Source of the DNA: Candidatus Odinarchaeia archaeon
GTDB taxonomy: Archaea > Asgardarchaeota > Odinarchaeia > Odinarchaeales > Odinarchaeaceae
Direction: 5' to 3'
Assembly (NCBI GenBank): GCA_029856525.1
Contig: JAHQXC010000052.1
Location: 1 to 9,685, forward strand
Length of the DNA: 9,685 nt
The translations under genes and the position numbers were made by a program. Positions 1 to 6,652 of the stretch are shown here, in pieces. The notes below the pieces were generated by a model. It made no database searches, had not been told where the DNA came from, and was given only the letters and a program-made list of their open reading frames with translations. Within the stretch, counting starts at the first letter, position 1, and the number at the start of each line of letters is the position of its first letter.

Positions 1-130
1 GTTCTAGAAAAGTCTTTTAGCATGCGCTTCTTCCACTGTGAAAATTTAAAATTAATACCTGGTTTTAGGCATATTACGTTTTAAAATGGTTACCTTAACT
101 GGCTTAAACCTAAATTCAGGAGTTTCCTTA

Positions 131-137
131 AGGTGAT
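131..137 (+). promoter_or_regulatory. Shine-Dalgarno site of pyrD (AGGTGAT)
   Basis: AGGTGAT ends 3 nt before the ATG at 141; matches the anti-SD of archaeal-type 16S rRNA. Confidence 0.75.
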
Positions 138-140
138 GTT

Positions 141-1049
141 ATGGCCTCTCTAGAAATCGTTTTAGGGTCTATTAGACTAGCTAACCCGGTTATAATAGCA
201 TCTGGGATTTTAGGAACTACAGCTGAAGGGATTAAACTATTATACGATATGGGGGCTGGAGCGGTGGTTACTAAAACCACTACTTTAAAGAGTAAACCTG
301 GAAACCCTAATCCGACAGTTGTATCAACACCGTCCGGTCTCCTAAACTCTATGGGTCTGCCAAACCCTGGAATTGAAGAAATGAGCAGGGAGGTCGCTGC
401 CGCCTGCAGCGAAGGTGTCCCTGTGATAGGAAGCGTAGCCGGCTCTTCAATAAACGAGTTTATTGAAGTAGCTAAAAGATTTGAAGAAACAGGGGTAGTC
501 GGCGTTGAGTTAAACATCTCATGTCCTCATGAAAAAGTCGGGTTGATAGGGCAGGACTGCAGGTTAACATATCAAGTTGTTAAATCGGTTAAAGACTCTA
601 TTAAAACACCGGTTATAGTGAAACTGACTCCAAACGTTACAGATATAGTGGAAATCGCTTTAGAAGCGGAGAAAGCCGGCGCTGACGCTCTAACAGCGAT
701 TAACACAGTTAAAGGAATGGCGATTGACGTTAACACAGGATACCCTATTCTCGGTAATAGGTTCGGGGGATTATCTGGACCTGCTATAAAACCAATAGCG
801 GTAAGATGCGTCTATGAGATATATGAAAGCGGGGTGAAAATACCGATTATAGGTGTCGGCGGTATTTCAAATTGGAGGGATGCTCTAGAATTCTTCATGG
901 CCGGCGCCTCTGCTATTCAAATAGGCACCGCACTTATGAAAGGATACCAGGTTATAGAAAAAATAAAGAGGGGGTTAATCCGTTACATGAAGAAGAATAA
1001 GCTTGAAAACCTAAATCAGATAATAGGTTTATCTCATAAGAGGTGTTAG
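141..1049 (+). CDS. pyrD: Dihydroorotate dehydrogenase family 1B, catalytic subunit (302 aa)
   Basis: Motifs ASG, VVTKTTT, GNPNP, NSMGLPNPG, ELNISCPH (catalytic Cys), VKLTPN, INT, GGLSGPAIKP, GVGGI, IQIGTA. Followed directly by pyrK, as expected for family 1B. Confidence 0.97.
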   Translation: MASLEIVLGSIRLANPVIIASGILGTTAEGIKLLYDMGAGAVVTKTTTLKSKPGNPNPTVVSTPSGLLNSMGLPNPGIEEMSREVAAACSEGVPVIGSVAGSSINEFIEVAKRFEETGVVGVELNISCPHEKVGLIGQDCRLTYQVVKSVKDSIKTPVIVKLTPNVTDIVEIALEAEKAGADALTAINTVKGMAIDVNTGYPILGNRFGGLSGPAIKPIAVRCVYEIYESGVKIPIIGVGGISNWRDALEFFMAGASAIQIGTALMKGYQVIEKIKRGLIRYMKKNKLENLNQIIGLSHKRC

Positions 1050-1050
1050 A

Positions 1051-1863
1051 TTGCACACGCCTAGAGTGTGTAAAATTTTAAAAATTGAGAGTGAAGCTGA
1101 GAACATTAAGACAATCTATTTTAAAGATAGGAGGATATCTAGGAGGATAGTCCCAGGGCAATTTATAATGGTATGGATTCCAGGAGTGGATGAAATACCT
1201 ATGGGCGTCTCCCATATTGGGTTAAACAGTGAATTAGCTATCACGGTGGAAGCTGTAGGTGAAGCTACTGAGAGGCTCTGCTCTCTTAAAGAAGGGGATG
1301 TTATAGGGGTGAGGGGGCCTTATGGCCGGGGGTTTTCAAATCCAGGCTTGAATAATCTAGTGATAGGCGGGGGAACAGGGATGGCGCCGTTAATACCCCT
1401 TATTGAATTATGTGTCAGAGAAGGGGTGAAAGTAAATGTTCTATTAGGCGGTAGAAGTTTAAATAGAACACCTTTTATAGAAAAATTAAGCAGTATTTTT
1501 AAATCAACTCCTAGCAGTTTTAGAGTAACTACAGAAGACGGCTCCTACGGGTACAGAGGGCTTGTAACAGATTTATTAGAGGAGATTGTTTTAAAAAATA
1601 ATTTTGAGAGAGTCTACGCCTGCGGCCCAGAGTTAATGTTGAGAAAAATATACGAGTATTCTATTGAAAGAAAACTACCACTAGAGGTGAGCTTAGAACG
1701 ATATATTAAATGCGGTGTAGGCGTCTGCGGTAGCTGTTATATAGGACCGTATAGAGTATGTGTGGAGGGCCCTGTTTTTAAAATAAATGAATTAGAAAAA
1801 ATTAGAGATGTATTCGGGGAATGGACGCGGGATGCTGCTGGCAGGTTAATTTCATTAAAATAG
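1051..1863 (+). CDS. pyrK: Dihydroorotate dehydrogenase electron-transfer subunit (FAD, [2Fe-2S]; 270 aa)
   Basis: PGQFIMVW, RGPYGRGF, GGGTGMAP, YACGPE and C-terminal KCGVGVCGSC-x7-CVEGPVF cluster motif. TTG start 1 nt after the pyrD stop, with GAGGTG at 1040-1045. Confidence 0.95.
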   Translation: MHTPRVCKILKIESEAENIKTIYFKDRRISRRIVPGQFIMVWIPGVDEIPMGVSHIGLNSELAITVEAVGEATERLCSLKEGDVIGVRGPYGRGFSNPGLNNLVIGGGTGMAPLIPLIELCVREGVKVNVLLGGRSLNRTPFIEKLSSIFKSTPSSFRVTTEDGSYGYRGLVTDLLEEIVLKNNFERVYACGPELMLRKIYEYSIERKLPLEVSLERYIKCGVGVCGSCYIGPYRVCVEGPVFKINELEKIRDVFGEWTRDAAGRLISLK

Positions 1864-1864
1864 T

Positions 1865-2530
1865 TTACAGGAAGTTTTCAGATACTAGATAGCCTAGAAT
1901 CTCTCTTAGATCGTTACCAGACCAGTACCTTATATGCGACTTAATATTCTCTTTCGGCTTGAAACCGAGTGGTAAAGCTACTTTCCTGAGAAGACTTACA
2001 TCGTTAGCGCCATCGCAGACCGCTGCAGTCTTAGACATGGGGATATTAAACAAGTAAACAAGGTAAGCTAAAAGCTCGCCTTTAGATTCAGGCGTCAAGC
2101 AAAGCCCTGAAACCTCACCTGTTAACTCCCCGTTCTCTGCGTGTAATCTATTGGCAAGTATTAAGGGAATCCCTATTCTACGATTCGCTTCAAATATAAC
2201 CTCAAAGAATCCTCCGGAAATAATCACAGGCAGTATTCTATTGCGTTGAAGATAATCAACGGTCTCCTTAGCTCCAGGGGTTATAGGTATCCTTTCACCG
2301 AGCTGCTTTAGAACACTGACTTTCAAGCCTTTTATTAAGCTAACCCGCTTTAGAAGAGAGGATTTATAGTCTAATTCCCCGCTCATCGCTTTAGACGTGA
2401 TTTCGCAAACCTCTTTTTCAACGCCAGCGATCCTAGCCAGCTCATCTATGATTTCTACAGGAGTTAACACAGAGTCGAAGTCGAAGCAGACTAGCCCCCT
2501 AGGGGCGTATTCGATTGGCGAAACCACCAA
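1865..2530 (-). CDS. serB: Phosphoserine phosphatase, HAD superfamily (221 aa as called; start uncertain)
   Basis: HAD motif I FDFDSVL, EIIDELAR, KAMSGELDY, KRVSLIKG, motif II ISGGF, motif III Lys (SKGE), motif IV CDGAND. The TTG start has no SD; see uORF finding. Confidence 0.9.
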   Translation of the reverse strand: MVVSPIEYAPRGLVCFDFDSVLTPVEIIDELARIAGVEKEVCEITSKAMSGELDYKSSLLKRVSLIKGLKVSVLKQLGERIPITPGAKETVDYLQRNRILPVIISGGFFEVIFEANRRIGIPLILANRLHAENGELTGEVSGLCLTPESKGELLAYLVYLFNIPMSKTAAVCDGANDVSLLRKVALPLGFKPKENIKSHIRYWSGNDLREILGYLVSENFL

Positions 2531-2568
2531 TCTTTAAGAAAATCAGCGTCAAATTTTTCAATCAGCAT
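2491..2568 (-). other. 25-codon upstream ORF MLIEKFDADFLKDWWFRQSNTPLGG overlapping the serB start out of frame
   Basis: ATG at 2568 with GAGGTG (2581-2576) 7 nt upstream; TAG stop at 2493-2491. The serB frame is -1 relative to it. Translation is not demonstrated. Confidence 0.45.
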
Positions 2569-2644
2569 TCGAAGACACCTCTACTAAAACAATCACATAC
2601 ATGTTAACTAATAATATTTAACTTTATCGGTTTTATGATAATTC

Positions 2645-2682
2645 TTATAAATTCTCAGCGAGTTAAACATTCTATTATAAAA
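2645..2682. promoter_or_regulatory. Candidate TATA boxes in the divergent serB / oxidoreductase intergenic region
   Basis: TTATAA at 2645-2650 and 2675-2680 (followed by AA); the palindromic core can be read on either strand. Assignment to each gene is by position only. Confidence 0.4.
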
Positions 2683-2742
2683 AACTTTCCAGAACCTCAC
2701 TGAGATAAATTGATTTAACGAGTTATAAAGATGTGAGCGGTA

Positions 2743-4125
2743 TTGGTTGAAAAATTTGATGTAATCGTAATAGGCGGCGGATCCGGTTTAAATATCGTGG
2801 AAAGAGCTTTAAACGATAATTTGAAGGTTGCTTTAATAGAGATGGGGCCTTTAGGGGGAACATGCCTTAATAGAGGGTGCATACCTACTAAAATGTTAAT
2901 CTACCCCGCGGATTTGATAAGACTTATTGAGAAAGGTAAAGAACTCGGAGTTTACGCGAGAATAGAGAAAATTGACTATCAGAAAATATTTAATAGAATG
3001 CGTAAAGTTGTATCAGAGAGCGCTGAAAAATCAGCTAAAGCAGCTGAAAAAGTTAAAGCACTTAAATGGTTTAAAGAAGTCGGCGAGTTCGTAGACGATT
3101 ATAAGCTTAAAGTAGGTGGCGAAATCATAACCGGGGATAGAATTTTCATAGTCTCAGGGAGCAGGCCTGATATACCGCCTATAGAAGGATTAGATAAAAT
3201 TAACTACTATACTAGCGATACGATACTTCATATTAATAGAATACCTTCAACTCTTATTATCATCGGCGGCGGTTATGTAGCGGCTGAATACGGGCATTTC
3301 TTTTCATCTATGGGATGTAAAGTAACCATTATTCATAATAAACCTAAAATACTACATTATCTTGACCCGGATATAGTAGATGTCTTCACTCAAGAATTCT
3401 CTAAATACGTTAACTTGTTAACTTCTAGAACCGCTGTGAAAGTTTCAATTGAAGGAGCGCTGAAAAAAGTAACCTGCATTAATAATAACACAAATAAAGA
3501 GGAGTCTTTCACCGCAGAGGAGATTCTAATAGCTACAGGTAGACGCTCAAACGCGGATCTCCTTAAACCTGAGCGGACAGGGGTTAAATTAACCAGCGAA
3601 GGCTATATTCAAGTTAACGAATACTTGGAGACCAGTAAGGAGAATATATGGGCTGCTGGTGATGCGATAGGAAAATATATGTTTAAACATGTAGCCAACT
3701 ATGAGGTGGAAGTAGCCTGGCATAATTCAAAGAATCATGAGAAAATTAAAATGGATTACACCGCTATACCAGCTGCTGTTTTTTCAAATCCACAGATAGC
3801 TCAAGTCGGCTTAACTGCTAGTGAAGCTGCAGCTCAAGGATTTAACGTGTTAATAGGGTATTATAGGTTTAAAGATGTGGCTATGGGGGAGGCTATGGGT
3901 TCACCTAACGGTCTAGTTAAAATAGTTGTGAATAAAGATGATGGGAGGATACTTGGAGCTCAAATAGTGGGACCTGAGGCCTCCATACTTATACAAGAAA
4001 TCATCAATGTAATGAATTGCCGTCACAGTAGTGTATACAATATTCTCAGAGCATTACATATCCACCCGGCATTGCCGGAAGTTGTTCAAAGAGCATGCGC
4101 TAACCTCCATGAAATGCGCGTATAA
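2743..4125 (+). CDS. Class I pyridine nucleotide-disulfide oxidoreductase (dihydrolipoamide dehydrogenase / mycothione reductase-like; 460 aa)
   Basis: VIGGGSG FAD motif, redox disulfide GGTCLNRGCIPTK (C41/C46), IIGGGYVAAE, ATGRRSN, WAAGD, FKHVANYE, C-terminal HIHPALPE His-Glu pair. TTG start with GATGTGA at 2730-2736. Family is certain; substrate is not. Confidence 0.9.
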   Translation: MVEKFDVIVIGGGSGLNIVERALNDNLKVALIEMGPLGGTCLNRGCIPTKMLIYPADLIRLIEKGKELGVYARIEKIDYQKIFNRMRKVVSESAEKSAKAAEKVKALKWFKEVGEFVDDYKLKVGGEIITGDRIFIVSGSRPDIPPIEGLDKINYYTSDTILHINRIPSTLIIIGGGYVAAEYGHFFSSMGCKVTIIHNKPKILHYLDPDIVDVFTQEFSKYVNLLTSRTAVKVSIEGALKKVTCINNNTNKEESFTAEEILIATGRRSNADLLKPERTGVKLTSEGYIQVNEYLETSKENIWAAGDAIGKYMFKHVANYEVEVAWHNSKNHEKIKMDYTAIPAAVFSNPQIAQVGLTASEAAAQGFNVLIGYYRFKDVAMGEAMGSPNGLVKIVVNKDDGRILGAQIVGPEASILIQEIINVMNCRHSSVYNILRALHIHPALPEVVQRACANLHEMRV

Positions 4126-4230
4126 GCTAAACAGTTATTGCAAGACTCCTGGTGATCGAGTTAAAAATTCATTTCAGTTTAAAAAATCCGATGAGAAACA
4201 AATAAATACGAAGATAGCTTAATTCTTACA

Positions 4231-4236
4231 AGGTGA
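4231..4236 (+). promoter_or_regulatory. Shine-Dalgarno site of sufC (AGGTGA)
   Basis: AGGTGA ends 4 nt before the ATG at 4241. Confidence 0.7.
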
Positions 4237-4240
4237 GTTA

Positions 4241-5023
4241 ATGAGCGGTGAGAATATTCTATCCCTTATCGATTTACATGTTAGCGCTGATAGTACCCCT
4301 ATTTTAAAAGGGGTTTCAATAAATTTTGAAAAAAATAAGGTTCACGCGATAGTGGGTCCTAACGGTTCAGGTAAATCCACTATAGCTAAGGCGATAATGG
4401 GGTTCCCGGACTATAAAGTTACACGCGGGGATATATTATATAAAGGGGAATCTATACTCGACAAGACTATTACAGAGAGGGCTAGAATGGGCATCGCCTT
4501 AGCTTTTCAAAACCCTCCTGTGATAAAAGGAGTTAAACTAGATAAATTTATTTGTAAAATATGCAGGGATTGCCAGCGGGCTTCTGATAATAGAAGTGGA
4601 AGACATCTCGGGGAAGCTGATAAGTGTACCCCTGATTTAACTGATGGCTTCAGAAAACTTTTAATCGAGAATTTGAAGGATCGTGATATTAACGATGGGT
4701 TCTCAGGCGGTGAAATAAGGAGAAGTGAGCTCTTCCAGGTAATAAGTTTGAAACCTGAGGTGATGATACTCGACGAACCTGACTCTGGATTAGATTATGA
4801 TTCACTTAAACTCGTAGGTAGGACGCTTAAAGAAATCAGGGATGCAGGTAAAACCACTATGATTATAATCACTCATTCAAGATATATTTTAGAGTACCTT
4901 GAAGCGGATAAAGTGTTCATAATCGATAAAGGTAGGAAAGTATTTGACGGAGATAAAAGTATTCTCCCACAACTTGAAGAATTCGGGTATAAAGAGTTTT
5001 TAAACAGGAATAAACTTAGGTGA
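4241..5023 (+). CDS. sufC: Fe-S cluster assembly ABC ATPase, SufC/SmsC family (260 aa)
   Basis: Walker A GPNGSGKST, Q-loop AFQNP, signature GFSGGE, Walker B/D-loop ILDEPDSGLD, H-loop ITH; adjacent sufB. Confidence 0.95.
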   Translation: MSGENILSLIDLHVSADSTPILKGVSINFEKNKVHAIVGPNGSGKSTIAKAIMGFPDYKVTRGDILYKGESILDKTITERARMGIALAFQNPPVIKGVKLDKFICKICRDCQRASDNRSGRHLGEADKCTPDLTDGFRKLLIENLKDRDINDGFSGGEIRRSELFQVISLKPEVMILDEPDSGLDYDSLKLVGRTLKEIRDAGKTTMIIITHSRYILEYLEADKVFIIDKGRKVFDGDKSILPQLEEFGYKEFLNRNKLR

Positions 5024-5029
5024 CATGGT

Positions 5030-6247
5030 TTGGCTGATAAAAAAGAACTTGCTTTTAAAGCTAAAGATAAGAAATCGCCTATAGGGGCTGACATAGACTT
5101 AAATGTATTTAAAAGTGAAATCAGAGAAACTTCAAGTGAGAGTGATATAAAGCAGATAGCTGTTGAAGAACGAAGGATAATGGAGAATGTAGGAGTTAAC
5201 CCTGAGGAGAAAAAAACAGCGGGGATATATGTTCAAATAGATCAGAATAGAGTCTTCTATAATAGTTTAACTCAAAAAGCTGAGATACTTCCAATTAAAG
5301 AAGCGATTGAAAAATATGAATGGTTGAAAGACTATTATTGGAATGCGGTTAACGTTGACGCTGACAAGTATACTTCAGCCGTGGAACTGGAGCTTCACAA
5401 CGGGTACTTTATAAGAGCTAGAAGAGGTCAGAGAATAAGGGAGCCTGTTCAAGCGTGTTTAATGCTTAAAACTGGGAATATTAAACAAAACATCCATAAT
5501 ATTATCATAGTTGAAGAGAATGCTGAACTCCACTTAGTAACCGGTTGCGTATCACCTAATATACTTGAACCAGCGTTGCATCTTGGAATAACCGAGTTTT
5601 ACGTTAAAAAAAATGCTAAGCTAACATTCACTATGATCCATAGATGGGGGAAACGGACATTAGTGAGACCCCGCTCAGCGGCTATAGTTGAGGAAGGAGG
5701 GGTTTTCATAAACAATTATATTATATTAAGCGACGTAGGGGATCTCCAAACATATCCAACAGTTTATCTTAAAGGTGAAAACTCTAAAGCAGAGTTATAC
5801 TCGGTTATTTACGGGACAGGTAAATCAATATACGATGTCGGAGGTCGGATAATACTGGAAGCTGAAGGGGCTAAAGGGAAGATTGTTTCGAGAACCATTG
5901 GAGCAGATGAATCCATCATATACGCTAGAGGCCATCTTATAGGTAAACGTAGCGGTTGCAGAGCTCATCTTGAATGTAATGGTTTACTTTTAAGCGATAA
6001 ATCACGGTTAACCGCTATACCTGAGCTTGAAGCTGAAACCACAGGTGTGGAGCTAAGCCATGAAGCGACTATTGGTAAAATAGAGCAGGAGCAATTAACA
6101 TATCTTATGAGCAGAGGCCTTTCCGAAGAGGAGGCGAATTCCCTGATAGTGAGAGGGTTTATGACAATTAATGTACCGGATTTACCGCCTACATTACAGA
6201 AAACAGTAGATGATGCGATCCGGTTGACTAAACTCAGCGGTTTCTAA
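5030..6247 (+). CDS. sufB: Fe-S cluster assembly scaffold, SufB/SufD (SmsB-like) family (405 aa)
   Basis: LVTGC, AHLECNGLLL, IPELE, LSHEATIGKI, YLMSRGLSEEEA..LIVRGF. TTG start with AGGTGA SD (5018-5023), whose TGA is the sufC stop. Confidence 0.93.
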   Translation: MADKKELAFKAKDKKSPIGADIDLNVFKSEIRETSSESDIKQIAVEERRIMENVGVNPEEKKTAGIYVQIDQNRVFYNSLTQKAEILPIKEAIEKYEWLKDYYWNAVNVDADKYTSAVELELHNGYFIRARRGQRIREPVQACLMLKTGNIKQNIHNIIIVEENAELHLVTGCVSPNILEPALHLGITEFYVKKNAKLTFTMIHRWGKRTLVRPRSAAIVEEGGVFINNYIILSDVGDLQTYPTVYLKGENSKAELYSVIYGTGKSIYDVGGRIILEAEGAKGKIVSRTIGADESIIYARGHLIGKRSGCRAHLECNGLLLSDKSRLTAIPELEAETTGVELSHEATIGKIEQEQLTYLMSRGLSEEEANSLIVRGFMTINVPDLPPTLQKTVDDAIRLTKLSGF

Positions 6248-6261
6248 AATATTGAAACACT

Positions 6262-6639
6262 TTAAGAAGCGATTAGATTATATAAGCCTATCACTAACAC
6301 GATGACTCCGATGAAAGCTAAAAATAAAAGTTCGAAGAACAATCCTATAAGAAACACTGAAAGACCTGAAATTGCATAAATTAGGTTGCGAATTGAAAAA
6401 CGGGGTTTAATATTCAAACAATCCTTGCAGACGTATAAGTTAGTTTTAACACCGGTTGATTTCAACAATCCATTAACTCTCTTATAATTTGATAGGTGCG
6501 CTCTCTCACCGAATAAATATTTATCGTCAACTCTCACACCGCAAACCCGGCATACAGGTCTTTTACACCTATAACAGTAACCTATGATCAGGTTACTTGG
6601 ATGATACGGGCAGACTGTTTCATTTAACATTGAAAACAT
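6262..6639 (-). CDS. Hypothetical membrane protein with N-terminal B-box-like zinc finger (125 aa; alternative ATG at 6630)
   Basis: C10-x2-H13-P-x7-C22-x2-C25-x4-C30-x2-C33 plus C71-x2-C74; C-terminal ~40 residues strongly hydrophobic (likely two TM helices). Tightly packed behind the CDF gene. Confidence 0.8.
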   Translation of the reverse strand: MFSMLNETVCPYHPSNLIIGYCYRCKRPVCRVCGVRVDDKYLFGERAHLSNYKRVNGLLKSTGVKTNLYVCKDCLNIKPRFSIRNLIYAISGLSVFLIGLFFELLFLAFIGVIVLVIGLYNLIAS

Positions 6640-6652
6640 CTCTTCTTTTAAA

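Noticed and set aside
1-23. Possible minus-strand gene start (ATG at 23, MLKDFSR...) running off the left edge
   Set aside because: Only 7 codons are visible and there is no clear SD; cannot be supported without flanking sequence.
128-517. 129-aa minus-strand ORF
   Set aside because: Antisense shadow of pyrD; Ser/Thr/Pro-rich with no recognisable motif.
2558-2602. 14-codon minus-strand ORF MYVIVLVEVSSNAD in the serB frame, considered as a decayed ACT-domain remnant
   Set aside because: Too short, no SD, and separated from serB by four in-frame stops; similarity is not demonstrable by eye.
2635-2703. Possible C/D box sRNA (ATGATAA at 2635, CTGA at 2700)
   Set aside because: Box C is imperfect, no convincing C'/D' boxes or terminal stem, and the region is better explained as promoter DNA.
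4145-4162. Short hairpin GACTC...GAGTT after the reductase stop
   Set aside because: Only 4-5 bp stem and no U-tract; not enough to call a terminator or ncRNA.
4031-4222. 63-aa plus-strand ORF
   Set aside because: Overlaps the reductase 3' end out of frame, then reads through AT-rich intergenic DNA; no SD or motif.
5025-5084. Out-of-frame ATG just after the sufC stop
   Set aside because: Only 1 nt from the SD; the TTG at 5030 has proper spacing and opens the SufB frame.
4873-5094. 73-aa minus-strand ORF
   Set aside because: Antisense to the sufC/sufB junction; shadow ORF.
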